NCBI GenBank assembly: GCA_041615815.1 | Contig: JBFJCP010000021.1 | Coordinates: forward strand, 1-64,000 | Source: Gemmatimonadales bacterium | GTDB lineage: Bacteria; Gemmatimonadota; Gemmatimonadetes; Gemmatimonadales; GWC2-71-9 | Length of the DNA stretch: 64,000 nt | Direction of reading: 5' to 3' | Shown here: piece after piece, positions 52,249 through 62,450 of the stretch | How the letters are laid out: each line of letters starts with the position of its first letter | Numbering within the stretch: position 1 is the first letter of the stretch | Position numbers and translations under genes: made by a program | Notes under the pieces: generated by a model | Seen by the model: the letters and a program-made list of their open reading frames with translations, nothing else | What the model was told of the DNA's origin: nothing | The model's database searches: none

Positions 52249-53817
52249 ATGCCAAGACCACGAACGATTCTCTGGGTGGACGACGAGATCGAGTCGTTGG
52301 ATGCCCACGTCTTGTTCCTCCGCGAGCAGGGATATCAGGTCGAACAGGCTGCCCACGGCGACGACGCCATCGCTTTGCTTCAGCGTCAACCGTACGGGGT
52401 GGTCCTCCTCGACGAGCACATGCCCGGCCGGCGGGGGTTGGAGCTGGTGTCTGAGATCCGCTCCTTGGACCCCGCGGTGCCGCTGGTGATGGTCACCAAG
52501 AGTGAAGAAGCGACGACCATGCGGGAAGCGATCGGCATCGAGATGGACGACTATCTCGTCAAGCCGGTGAATCCGCGGCAGATCTTGACGGTCGTGACGC
52601 GACTGCTCGAGGGCGATCGGATCCGTCAGCAGCGATTGGCCCGCGATTTCGTCGTGCGGTTTCGCGAACTGGAGCAGCGGCGGGCGAGTGCCTTGGGCTG
52701 GCGCGAGTGGGTGGAGCACGTCGTCGAGCTCGCGCGGTGGGAGGTGAAGCTCGGTTCGGCGGATGAAAGTGGTCTCAAGGAAGCCCTCCGGTCGCTCCAG
52801 ACTGGTCTGCATCAGGACTTCGCGGACTTCATAAAGACCGCGTACCCACGATGGCTCGCGAAGCCGGAGTCGGACCGGCCCCCTTTGTCGGTCGATGTCT
52901 GTAGCGAGTTCCTGATCCCCTTGCTCGAGGCTCGGGGTCGGGTGTTGTTCGTCGTCGTCGACTGTATGCGTCTGGATCAGTGGGAGCTGCTGAAGCCGCT
53001 GGTCACGGGTTTCTTCGACATCGAGGAATCGTACTACTTCTCGATTCTTCCTACGGCGACCCCCTTTTCGCGCAACGCGATCTTCAGCGGATTGTTTCCG
53101 GCGGAGATCCAGGCTCGCCATCCCGACTGGTGGGGCGAACGGGACGACGAGAGTCTCAACGCGCACGAGGACGAGCTTCTGGTGGAACAGCTCACCGAGC
53201 TCACCGGGCGGAAGGTGCCGGTTCGATACGAAAAAGTCTCTTCGACGTCCGACAGTGAAACCTTGCTGAAGCGGCTGGCCGCCCACCTGTCGCAGGACGG
53301 GGTGACGGCGCTGGTGTTCAACTTCGTGGATCAGCTGACGCACGGGCGTTCAGAGCATGCCATCCTCTATGAAGTTGCCCGGGATACCCAGTCGCTTCGC
53401 AATCTCACACGGACGTGGTTCGAAGAATCGGCTCTCTTTCGCGCCCTCAAGGAAGCGGAGCGGCGGGGGGTGCCGGCGTTGCTGACGACCGACCACGGCT
53501 CGATCCCATGTGAGACGCCGGCCACCGTTTTCGCGAAGCGGGATGCCACCGCCAATCTGCGATACAAGTTCGGCAGCGACCTGAGGGCCGAAAAGCGATC
53601 GGCGGCCTTGGTGGTCGACAACCTCCCAGCCTGGGGTCTTCCCAAGATGCGGATGGGTGTGCGTCTGCTCATGGCGCTCGGGGATCATTTCTTCGTGTAT
53701 CCGACCAAGCTGCGAGAGTACCAGGCCCGATATCGCGGTTCCTTCCTCCACGGAGGCGTTACGCCGGAGGAGGTGATCCTCCCGGTCGCACTGCTCACCC
53801 CACGCCAAGCGAGTTAG
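52249..53817 (+). CDS. PorX-like response regulator (REC + PglZ/alkaline-phosphatase-like domain)
   Basis: ILWVDDEI, LLDEHMPG, VTKSEE, YLVKPVNPRQI, VDCMRLDQW, LPTATPFSRNAIFSG, NFVDQLTH, TDHG, HGGVTPEE. Confidence 0.88.
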   Translation: MPRPRTILWVDDEIESLDAHVLFLREQGYQVEQAAHGDDAIALLQRQPYGVVLLDEHMPGRRGLELVSEIRSLDPAVPLVMVTKSEEATTMREAIGIEMDDYLVKPVNPRQILTVVTRLLEGDRIRQQRLARDFVVRFRELEQRRASALGWREWVEHVVELARWEVKLGSADESGLKEALRSLQTGLHQDFADFIKTAYPRWLAKPESDRPPLSVDVCSEFLIPLLEARGRVLFVVVDCMRLDQWELLKPLVTGFFDIEESYYFSILPTATPFSRNAIFSGLFPAEIQARHPDWWGERDDESLNAHEDELLVEQLTELTGRKVPVRYEKVSSTSDSETLLKRLAAHLSQDGVTALVFNFVDQLTHGRSEHAILYEVARDTQSLRNLTRTWFEESALFRALKEAERRGVPALLTTDHGSIPCETPATVFAKRDATANLRYKFGSDLRAEKRSAALVVDNLPAWGLPKMRMGVRLLMALGDHFFVYPTKLREYQARYRGSFLHGGVTPEEVILPVALLTPRQAS

Positions 53818-55623
53818 GTGGGACGGTTCCGCCGCCTGCTGGCCTATTTGCGGCCATACCGCCCGTTGTTTGGGGCGTGTGTGGTTGCGGCTTTCCTCGC
53901 CGCTGCACTCGACGGGTTTACGCTCGCGCTGCTCATCCCGTTTCTGCGTCTGCTGTTCGAGACCGGCGGGCCGGGAGAGGTTTCGACGGTGGTGGAGCGG
54001 GTGATCGATTTGATGGCCGGCCGGTGGTTGGACACGGGCGATCGCACGACGGCGCTGCGCAACGTGGTGCTCCTGGTCCTGGCCACGATGGCGGTCAAGA
54101 ACGCGGCCCTGTTCGCTACCGACTACATCGGATCCGTCATTCGGGAGCGCATCGCTCGGGATCTCCGGACCGAGCTGCACAGCCACGTCCACGATCTTGG
54201 CCTCGGGTTCTTCCAGCGTGCCAAGACCGGGCAACTCGTCAGCCGAGTGGTGGCGGACGCGGATCAGGCCACCGGTGTCGCGAGCAACGCTTTGGTGGCT
54301 GGACTGCAGAATCTGGTGTTGCTGGGCGTCTACCTCGCGATCCTCTTTTCACTCTCCTGGCGTCTCTCACTGGTGACGTTGGTGCTCGCGCCGCTCATCG
54401 TGCTGGTCCTGCGCCCAATCCTTCTGGGGCTCCGCGCGCGGATTAAGACGGCGTTGGACGACCGAGGCGAGCTCACTGCCGTGATGAGCGAGAGCGTCGA
54501 GGGAGCGCGCCTCGTGAAGGCCCACGGGGCCGAACGATACGAACGACGCCGGTTCGCTGAAGCGACCAACCGCTATCTCGCTGGCGTTCTCAAGGCGCGG
54601 CGGCTCGCGGCGTTGGCGAGCCCGTTGAGCGAGACGATGGCGGCGGCGGTCATCCTCTTACTTCTCGTCGGCTCGTGGGCCGCGGACCCCCAGGGGATCC
54701 GTCCGGAGGTCTTCGTGACCTTCGTGGTGGTCTCACTACGATTGCTCCGCCCGGTCAAGTTCTTGGCCCAGTTTCCGGCGGTCGCCGAGCATTCGCTCGG
54801 CGCGGCACAGCGCCTGTTCGACATCATCGATCGGCCCGCGGATGACGTGGATCCGCCCGGCAGCCCGCCGTTTCCGGGACTCGAGCGGCTCATCGAATTT
54901 CGGGACGTGTGGGTGGCCTACGAACCGAGCCGGTGGGTACTTCATGGGGTGAATCTCACGATCCGCCGCGGGGAGGTGGTCGCGATCGTGGGGCCGTCGG
55001 GAGCCGGCAAATCCACGTTAGCCGATCTCCTCCCGCGTTTCCTCGAGCCGGAGCGCGGCGCCGTGCTCGTCGATGGTGTGCCGGTGCAGCACTATAGCCG
55101 CCGCTCGCTTCGTCGGTCCATGGGGATCGTCAGTCAGCAGACCGTGATCTTCAACGATACGGTGCGTGCCAACATCGCCTACGGAGAGACCGAGGGGGCG
55201 TCGAACGCGACGGTCGAGGCGGCCGCGCGGGCCGCGAACGCTCACGACTTCATTGTCAAACTGCCTCAGGGGTACGACACCGTACTGGGCGAACGCGGAA
55301 TGCTCCTCTCGGGGGGGGAGCGCCAGCGCATTGCCATTGCGCGGGCCCTGCTCCGCGACCCGCCCATCGTCATCATGGATGAAGCCACTTCCTCGCTGGA
55401 TCCCGAGTCCGAGCGTCTCGTGCAGGAAGCCGTGGCGCGCCTCCTGGCCAATCGAACGGTGCTCGTGATCGCCCATCGCGTGACGACCGTGGTTCGGGCG
55501 GATCTCATCGTCGTCATGGAGCATGGACGGCTGGTGGAGCGAGGACGGCACACGGAGTTGATCCGAGCCGGTGGGCTGTACCAGCGGCTCCACGCGATGG
55601 AGGGGGTGGGTTTACCGGGGTAA
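53818..55623 (+). CDS. MsbA-like ABC exporter (permease + ATPase)
   Basis: Six-TM domain, GPSGAGKST, LSGGERQRIAIARA, DEATSSLD, IAHR. Confidence 0.92.
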   Translation: MGRFRRLLAYLRPYRPLFGACVVAAFLAAALDGFTLALLIPFLRLLFETGGPGEVSTVVERVIDLMAGRWLDTGDRTTALRNVVLLVLATMAVKNAALFATDYIGSVIRERIARDLRTELHSHVHDLGLGFFQRAKTGQLVSRVVADADQATGVASNALVAGLQNLVLLGVYLAILFSLSWRLSLVTLVLAPLIVLVLRPILLGLRARIKTALDDRGELTAVMSESVEGARLVKAHGAERYERRRFAEATNRYLAGVLKARRLAALASPLSETMAAAVILLLLVGSWAADPQGIRPEVFVTFVVVSLRLLRPVKFLAQFPAVAEHSLGAAQRLFDIIDRPADDVDPPGSPPFPGLERLIEFRDVWVAYEPSRWVLHGVNLTIRRGEVVAIVGPSGAGKSTLADLLPRFLEPERGAVLVDGVPVQHYSRRSLRRSMGIVSQQTVIFNDTVRANIAYGETEGASNATVEAAARAANAHDFIVKLPQGYDTVLGERGMLLSGGERQRIAIARALLRDPPIVIMDEATSSLDPESERLVQEAVARLLANRTVLVIAHRVTTVVRADLIVVMEHGRLVERGRHTELIRAGGLYQRLHAMEGVGLPG

Positions 55624-55668
55624 GAGTAGCGGAGGGTGTGGAAGAAGCAGAGCGTAGACCGGCGGGCG

Positions 55669-56769
55669 TTACGCGGCCGTGATCTGCGGCTGTGTGGCGG
55701 GGACGGCCACGATCGCATTCGTGGGGCACTGCCGCAGGAACTCCGCATCCACGGGGTTCCACACTTGCTCGGGATCCAGCACGACCGCCTTCCCCCGCTC
55801 GTCGATGCTGAACAGGCCCGGCGGGCCGTGAATGCGACAGGCGCCACACCCGATACAGCGATCGCGCTCGACACGGACGACGAACTTCCGTTTGGGGTAC
55901 ACCCCGGTGGCTCCCTTGCCAGGGATGTCCTCGGGGCTTTTCAGCAGGCGATGGGCGGCGCGGTATCCCGCATCCAGCAGTTCTCGCGAGTGGCGGAACG
56001 AGAAGAGCCCAATGTAATCCACCTCCGGCTGGACCAGCAGGAGTGGCGGGCGGCTCCACTGCCGCAAGATGTTGATCCGAATGTTCTGAATGCCAAACTC
56101 GATCGCGCGGGCGTACACGGCGGCGAATCCCATGCGGTGCACGTCGTGGCGGAGTGAACCCGTCGATCCCACGTCGACAGCCACGACTAGATCGCGATCC
56201 CGGGCCACCGTGGCGCGCACCGGCAGGTTCGACACGGCGGCGCCGTCGACGAAATAGCGTCCCCCGATCTCTCGAGGTGGGAGATACCCTGGGAGAGCGC
56301 ACGAGGCGATGACGGCCTCCGCCACAGGGATGTCGGCCAGTCCCGGTGACCCCCAGAATACCTGCCGACCGGTGGCGAGGTCGATGGCGTTGACCAGGAG
56401 TGGGCGCTTGAGCTCGCTAAAGGTGATGTCGCCGAGGAGGCCTTTGACGAAATTCTCGAACGGCTCGCGGCGGTAGAGGGCGGGGGAGCTCATCCGCTTG
56501 AGGGCCATGTCCCGGTGGGCGAGGCGAAAGAGGTCGCTGCGTTGGAGATCCAAGGCGATCGTCGTGAGGTCCGCGGGTGACAGACCGGCGCACCAGGCCG
56601 CTCCCACCAGCGCGCCGACACTGGATCCCACCACGTCCACCGGCAACGTTCCGAATTCTTCCAACGCGGCCACGACGCCGATGTGCGCGAGGCCTTTCAT
56701 GCCTCCGCCACCGAGCACAAGCGTAAATCGACGTCCGTGCAAACCAACGCTCCCGCGTTCCACCAACAT
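55669..56769 (-). CDS. Patatin-like phospholipase fused to a C-terminal ferredoxin domain (start uncertain)
   Basis: GGGGMKG, GSSVG nucleophile elbow, DGA; C-terminal DRCIGCGAC...CPTNAI. Confidence 0.85.
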   Translation of the reverse strand: MLVERGSVGLHGRRFTLVLGGGGMKGLAHIGVVAALEEFGTLPVDVVGSSVGALVGAAWCAGLSPADLTTIALDLQRSDLFRLAHRDMALKRMSSPALYRREPFENFVKGLLGDITFSELKRPLLVNAIDLATGRQVFWGSPGLADIPVAEAVIASCALPGYLPPREIGGRYFVDGAAVSNLPVRATVARDRDLVVAVDVGSTGSLRHDVHRMGFAAVYARAIEFGIQNIRINILRQWSRPPLLLVQPEVDYIGLFSFRHSRELLDAGYRAAHRLLKSPEDIPGKGATGVYPKRKFVVRVERDRCIGCGACRIHGPPGLFSIDERGKAVVLDPEQVWNPVDAEFLRQCPTNAIVAVPATQPQITAA

Positions 56770-56862
56770 TCTGGCAACCGGCGAACCGTCGCATCGTAGC
56801 CTCGATCCCTTTCGGAGGGCTACCTTACTTCCTCGTACCCCACAACCTCGCTGAGTTGCCCC

Positions 56863-58050
56863 TTGCACGAACCGCGCACGACCTCACCGGGTCTCGACGA
56901 TTCGGTCCACGTCTTTCACCGCATCCGAGCGGCGGAGTTTCCGTGGACGACCGACGTGACGTACTTGAACTGCGCAAGTATTGGGCCAATGCCCGAGCGC
57001 ACACGACGCGTCGTCATTGACCTGACGGCGAAGCGTGCGGCACCGCATCTCCTTGTGGAAGAAGACTTTCTTCCGACTCTTCGCGCCGCGCGTGTGATGA
57101 TTGGCCGCTTGATCAATGCCGCTCCAGAAGAGGTGGCGTTGACCACCAACACGAGCTTCGGGTTGAACGTCGCGGCCAGGGCGTTACCCATCGCCCCGGG
57201 CGAGGTCGTGGTGTTGGCGGGCGGCGAGTTTCCCGCGAACGTCTACCCATGGCTCCAGCTCAGGGAACGTGGTGTCGAGGTCGAGTTCGTGCCCGCGACG
57301 GCGGAGGGGTGGCCCGATGAAGGCCGCCTGCTGGAGCGGCTCGGCGACCCGCGGGTGCGGGTGCTCGCCGTCTCGTTGGTCCAATTCGCCACGGGGTACC
57401 GTGCCGACCTGGCACGTTTGGGGGCGGCGGCGCGTGCCAACGGGTCCTACGTCGTGGTCGACGCGATCCAAGGAATCGGGCAATTCCCGTTCGATGTGCA
57501 CGCCGTGCCGGTGGACATAGTGGCCTGCGGCGCGCAAAAGTGGCTGTTGGCCCCCTGGGGCGCCGGGTTTCTGTATGTGCGGCGCTCCCTGATCTCCCAG
57601 CTCACCCCGCCCTTTGCTGGATGGATGGCGTTCAAGGGAACCGACGATTTCACGGGGCTCACCCGGTACGACACCCGATGGCATGGAGATGCGCGGCGGT
57701 TTGAGCTCGTGACACTGCCGTTTCAGGACATCAGAGCCATGACCGAGAGTGTCGGGTTTCTCCTGGAGCTCGGCATCGAGCGTATCGCAACACATCTCCA
57801 GAGGGTCCGACAACCGTTGTTCGAGGCCGCCGACGCAGGCGCCTTCACGATCACCTCTCCCCGGGATGGTATTCATGATTCCGCCATCGTGTGCCTACGC
57901 ACGTCGAACACGCGCCGTGCCTACGAGGCACTGACACGGGCCGGCATTGTGGTGGCCTTCCGGGAGGGCGCCATTCGCTTGTCACCGCACTGCTACAACA
58001 CGCCGGCGGAAATGGAGGGGGTGGTGGAGGTTCTGGCCGGAGCGCGATGA
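56863..58050 (+). CDS. Class V PLP-dependent aminotransferase-fold enzyme
   Basis: YLNCAS, NTSFGL, EFPANVYPW, VDAIQ, AQKWLL (PLP Lys), IRLSPHCYN. Confidence 0.88.
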   Translation: MHEPRTTSPGLDDSVHVFHRIRAAEFPWTTDVTYLNCASIGPMPERTRRVVIDLTAKRAAPHLLVEEDFLPTLRAARVMIGRLINAAPEEVALTTNTSFGLNVAARALPIAPGEVVVLAGGEFPANVYPWLQLRERGVEVEFVPATAEGWPDEGRLLERLGDPRVRVLAVSLVQFATGYRADLARLGAAARANGSYVVVDAIQGIGQFPFDVHAVPVDIVACGAQKWLLAPWGAGFLYVRRSLISQLTPPFAGWMAFKGTDDFTGLTRYDTRWHGDARRFELVTLPFQDIRAMTESVGFLLELGIERIATHLQRVRQPLFEAADAGAFTITSPRDGIHDSAIVCLRTSNTRRAYEALTRAGIVVAFREGAIRLSPHCYNTPAEMEGVVEVLAGAR

Positions 58051-58466
58051 GTGACTGCGTCTTTTGCTCGATCGTCGCTGGGACGGCGCCCGGCAGTGTC
58101 ATCTACGAAGATGACGACGTGGTGGCGTTTCTGGACCTCTTTCCAGTGCACCCGGGTCACACGCTGGTCGTGCCGCGGCACCACGTGGAGGATCTCCGGT
58201 CTTGCCCACCGGCGATGGCCGGTCGGTTATTCGCCGTCAGTGCCCAGATCGCACCGGCCGTCGTGACGGCGACCGGTGCTGCCGGCTTCAATGTGTGGAC
58301 GGCGAACGGCGAGGCGGCAGGGCAGGAGGTCTTCCACCTGCACCTGCACGTGCTCCCCCGATTCGAGGGCGACGCCTTCGGGTTGCGGTTTCCCAAGTCC
58401 TATCCACAGGAGGCTACGCGGCGGGACCTCGAGCGGATGGCCGGGGCGATCAGGGCGCGCCTATGA
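58047..58466 (+). CDS. HIT-family nucleotide hydrolase
   Basis: DCVFC, PGHTLVVPR, AGQEVFHLHLHVLPR. Confidence 0.93.
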   Translation: MSDCVFCSIVAGTAPGSVIYEDDDVVAFLDLFPVHPGHTLVVPRHHVEDLRSCPPAMAGRLFAVSAQIAPAVVTATGAAGFNVWTANGEAAGQEVFHLHLHVLPRFEGDAFGLRFPKSYPQEATRRDLERMAGAIRARL

Positions 58467-59715
58467 AGATGTAGTCGGTCTTCTTGCCACGGCGCAGCCA
58501 GAGATAGGAACCAGCGAGGAGATCACGCGGGCTGGCGGCGGTTTCCGGGGCCACGGGTCGGCCGTTCAGCGAGAGGCCTCCCTGGGCGAGGAGCCGGCGT
58601 GCCTCGCTCTTCGACTTGACGAGGGTCGAACTGGCCACCAGATCGGCCACGGGCATCCCGCGGCCGAACGCGCCCGGAAGCGGACCATGCGGTAGTTCTG
58701 CGACCAACGTCTGCCAGGTATCCGCGCCGGCGTCCTCCGGTGGGAGCTCCCCAAACATGATTTGCGATGCCTCTTGCACCTGCTGCGCTGTGGCATCGCC
58801 GTGGACGCGGGCCGTCAGATCGAGCGCCAACCGTTTGTGTGGGACCCGCGCGCCGCGGTCCTTCGCATGACTCGCCATGAGGTGGCCGATGTCATCGCGG
58901 GGCAAGAACGTGAACATTTTCATGTACTGCTCGACGTCCCGATCGTCCACGTTCACCCAGAATTGATAGAACTTGTACGGGGACGTCATGGACGGGTCGA
59001 GCCACACCGCCCCCTCCTCCGACTTGCCGAACTTGGTTCCCGCGGACGTCGTCACGAGCGGTGCCGCTAACCCGTGCGCTTCTCCACCCGCGACCCGGCG
59101 AATCAGCTCGGTGCCGGCCGTAATGTTACCCCATTGGTCCGAGCCCCCGAGTTGCAGCTCGCACCCGCAGGTTCGGAAGAGGTGCAAGAAGTCGTACGCC
59201 TGGAGCAGCATGTAACTGAACTCGGTGTACGAGATTCCGGTCTCGAGCCGGGTCTTCACCGACTCCTTCTGGAGCATGTAGCTGATGGTGAAGTGTTTGC
59301 CGATGTCTCGCAGGAAGGTGACGAGGTCGAGAGCACGAAGCCACTCGGCGTTGTTCATCATCTCCGCGGCCTTGGGGCCGGGATCGAAATCGAGAAAGCG
59401 ACTCAACTGCTGGCGTTGACGCTCGGCGTTCTCCGCCACCTCCGCCTCGGTCAGAAGCGGTCGTTCGCCCGGCTTGCCGCTGGGATCGCCGATCAGCCCG
59501 GTCCCCCCGCCCACGAGCACCAGGGGCTTGCCGCCGGCGCGCTGGAGATGCGCGAGCAGCATGACTGGGACCAGATTCCCGAGCTGTAGGCTGGGAGCCG
59601 TGGGATCGAACCCCACGTATCCGGTGATCGCCCCCCGCGTGAGGCGGTCGGGGAGCGCCGGCGTGTGATCGGCGATCAAGCCGCGCCAGGCGAGTTCATC
59701 GAGAAACTGCCTCAT
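58450..59715 (-). CDS. tyrS: Tyrosine--tRNA ligase
   Basis: YVGFDPTA, GDPSGK, EFSYMLLQAYDF, GGSDQWGNI, KFGKS, C-terminal S4 domain. The HIGH motif is present as QLGN. Confidence 0.97.
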   Translation of the reverse strand: MRQFLDELAWRGLIADHTPALPDRLTRGAITGYVGFDPTAPSLQLGNLVPVMLLAHLQRAGGKPLVLVGGGTGLIGDPSGKPGERPLLTEAEVAENAERQRQQLSRFLDFDPGPKAAEMMNNAEWLRALDLVTFLRDIGKHFTISYMLQKESVKTRLETGISYTEFSYMLLQAYDFLHLFRTCGCELQLGGSDQWGNITAGTELIRRVAGGEAHGLAAPLVTTSAGTKFGKSEEGAVWLDPSMTSPYKFYQFWVNVDDRDVEQYMKMFTFLPRDDIGHLMASHAKDRGARVPHKRLALDLTARVHGDATAQQVQEASQIMFGELPPEDAGADTWQTLVAELPHGPLPGAFGRGMPVADLVASSTLVKSKSEARRLLAQGGLSLNGRPVAPETAASPRDLLAGSYLWLRRGKKTDYIFIGAP

Positions 59716-59780
59716 CGGCGCGAAGGTTATGTAGACCCGGAAGCGCTGGCAAGCAGCCACGCTGGTCACTACGTTTGAAG

Positions 59781-61961
59781 ATGGTGACGATGACTCCCGA
59801 ATCGGGTGAATCCCAGCCGGTGCGCCCGGCCCGTCGCACCCTCGGCATCGCCGTGTGGGGGATCCTGGTTCTCGTGGGTGCGCTCTTTGCGAGCCTCGGG
59901 GCTGGGATGGCCGTCGGATCGTGGACCCGGGCGTGCGCCGGGAACGCCTGTCCCTCGATCGTCCAGCTCGAAGGCTACCGCCCCACCCAGGCGGCCAAAG
60001 TCTACGCGGCCGACGGCCGGCTGATCACCGAACTGGGCCACGAACGGCGGACGGTGCTCAGTTTCGATGAGATCACACCGGCGCTCCGTGCCGCGTTCGT
60101 GTCCGTTGAGGATAAGCGCTTCTTCGAACACGGCGGTATCGACTACCGGCGTATTCTGGGCGCCGTGAAAGCCAACCTGCTGGCTCTCAGTTACGCCGAG
60201 GGCTTCTCGACCATCTCCATGCAGCTGGCTCGAAACATCTTCCCGGACGATCTCCCGAGCACCAAGTCGATCCGGCGGAAGATTCGGGAGATGCGTGTGG
60301 CCCTCGAGCTGGAGCGCACCTATCCCAAGGACCGGATTCTCGAGCTGTATCTCAACCAGATCTATTTGGGTGGAAGTGCGTACGGTGTCGAAGCCGGTGC
60401 TCGTCGATACTTTGGAAAATCCGCTCGTATGTTGAATCCGGCAGAGGCCGCGCTCCTCGCCGCGATCGCCAACGTGCCGGGTCACTACGATCCCCGTCGA
60501 TTTCCCGACCGAGCCCTGCAGCGTCGGAACCTGGTCATCAATCTCATGCGGGCCCAAGGCTATCTGACTCGCGAGCAAGCAGAAGGCTGGAAGGCGTACC
60601 CGATTCTGCTCAGCTCCCGTGAGGATTTTCAGGACGTTGCCCCGTACTTCGTGGAGTGGGTGCGACAGCAACTCTACGACCGGTTCGGGACTCGACTCTA
60701 CGAGCGAGGGTACCGGATCTACACCACGCTCGACCTGGACATGCAGCTCGCGGCCGAGCGGGCGTTGGAGGAGCAGCTCGAGCGGATCGAAAGCGGAGAC
60801 CTGGGAACGTATCGCCATCGCACCTACCAGGAGTTCCTGGAACAGGAGGTGGAACGGACCGGCAAACTCCAAGAGACGCCGTATCTCCAGGGAGCCTTGG
60901 CGACCCTCGATGCGAACACTGGATACGTACGTGCGCTGGTGGGCGGACGGGACTACGGACACTCCGAGTTCAACCGGGCCACCCAGGCCCGGCGGCAGGC
61001 TGGGTCCACCTTCAAGCCGTTCGTCTTTGCGGCCGCAATTCGGGCGGGACGGCCGGTGAGCTACATCGTGGACGACAAGCCTGTCAGCCTGATGCAGAAC
61101 GATACGCTTCCGTGGGAACCCCAGAACTTCGACGATCAGTTTTTGGGTCCGATGACCCTCCGCCGTGGGCTCACGCTGTCCCGCAACCTCGTGGCCATCC
61201 GGCTGGGGATCGAGTTGGGTGTCCGAACGGTCATCGGGGAAGCTGCCCGGTACGGTCTGTCGACGCGGCTCCCCGCGGTCCCATCAATCTTCATCGGCTC
61301 GGCCGATGTTCTCCCCATCGAAATGGCGGCGGCCTACACGACCTTCGCGACTGAAGGAACCCGCGCAGCGCCGGTGGGGATCCTCCGTGTCGAAGACGTG
61401 GAGGGCAACATCGTATGGGAGCCGCAGGTCCGGCGGGACGAGATTATCGATCCGGTCCGCGGCTGGCTGCTCACCAACATGCTGGAAGACGTGGTCAATC
61501 GCGGGACGGCGTATGGAGCCGTGCGGCTTCGGGGGGCGTTCCAACAGCCGGCAGGAGGCAAGACCGGCACCACCAACGACGGCACCGACGTGTGGTTCAT
61601 CGGGTTCACATCGGAGCTCGTCACGGCGGTGTGGATGGGATTCGATCAGCCGCGCAAGATCATCGTCAATGCCGCGGGTGGGCGACTAGCGGCGCCAGCC
61701 TGGGCGGCCTTCATGGGGGAAGTGTACGAGCGGCGGCCCGCCCCGAAGGGCTGGGAGCGGCCCGGTTCGCTGATCGCGCGCGAGATCGACAACACGACCG
61801 GCCTGCTCACCACGGCGTTCTGCCCAAGGCACGAGCGGCGTTGGGAGTGGTTCATTCCCGGAACCGAACCGCAGGAACGCTGCCCAATCCACAACCCGTT
61901 CCTTCGCGGTATCTCGACAGGTCCTCGCGCTGGACCGCCCCAACCGGGGGGCCGTCGGTAA
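59781..61961 (+). CDS. Class A penicillin-binding protein (PBP1A)
   Basis: EDKRFFEHGGID, GFSTISMQLARN, RKIRE, YLNQIY, GSTFKP, SRN, GKTGT. Confidence 0.93.
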   Translation: MVTMTPESGESQPVRPARRTLGIAVWGILVLVGALFASLGAGMAVGSWTRACAGNACPSIVQLEGYRPTQAAKVYAADGRLITELGHERRTVLSFDEITPALRAAFVSVEDKRFFEHGGIDYRRILGAVKANLLALSYAEGFSTISMQLARNIFPDDLPSTKSIRRKIREMRVALELERTYPKDRILELYLNQIYLGGSAYGVEAGARRYFGKSARMLNPAEAALLAAIANVPGHYDPRRFPDRALQRRNLVINLMRAQGYLTREQAEGWKAYPILLSSREDFQDVAPYFVEWVRQQLYDRFGTRLYERGYRIYTTLDLDMQLAAERALEEQLERIESGDLGTYRHRTYQEFLEQEVERTGKLQETPYLQGALATLDANTGYVRALVGGRDYGHSEFNRATQARRQAGSTFKPFVFAAAIRAGRPVSYIVDDKPVSLMQNDTLPWEPQNFDDQFLGPMTLRRGLTLSRNLVAIRLGIELGVRTVIGEAARYGLSTRLPAVPSIFIGSADVLPIEMAAAYTTFATEGTRAAPVGILRVEDVEGNIVWEPQVRRDEIIDPVRGWLLTNMLEDVVNRGTAYGAVRLRGAFQQPAGGKTGTTNDGTDVWFIGFTSELVTAVWMGFDQPRKIIVNAAGGRLAAPAWAAFMGEVYERRPAPKGWERPGSLIAREIDNTTGLLTTAFCPRHERRWEWFIPGTEPQERCPIHNPFLRGISTGPRAGPPQPGGRR

Positions 61962-62450
61962 GACAACCTGCGGGGGTGGCAGACTGATTCGAACTGTAAC
62001 GTAGTGCGCGTGACGGGGCAGGATCGGAAATCGCAAAAGGAGAGATGCAGCGCGCTGAGCCCGGGCTTTGTAGTGGTCCCGCTCGTCCCTCCCTGACGAG
62101 TGCCCCACCAGGCGGCAGGGTGCCCAGCGCGCTGCGAATGTTCGCTTGGTCGACCGTACGAAATTGAGCGCGGATGGTTTCACCGACGACCGCCCGCGCG
62201 GTACCCATTCCTGGCTCTTAGATGCGCGCCGACTGAAGATGGTTGCACACCTGCGCTCGTCCCCTGAGGGGGTGTTCCGATGCCCCAAACCGCGGATGTG
62301 CACTGACGTAGTTCGTCCTGCAACACCCTGCACGCAGCGAGCTGCGCAACGGCAGCTTTGGCCGCCACCGTCACGATTGTCGCACCGTTCTGCTCAACAC
62401 CATACGACTCAAGCAGATACGCTGCTGTGGAGGGGTACGGCCGGATGCCG

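Noticed and set aside
52249..53817. BREX phage-defence system inferred from the PglZ domain
   Set aside because: The domain is fused to a receiver domain in PorX fashion, and no brxC, pglX or brxL genes are nearby.
62016..62140. c-di-GMP-I riboswitch, SRP RNA or tRNA in the pilin upstream region
   Set aside because: Diagnostic motifs could not be matched convincingly by eye; kept only as an unnamed structured candidate.
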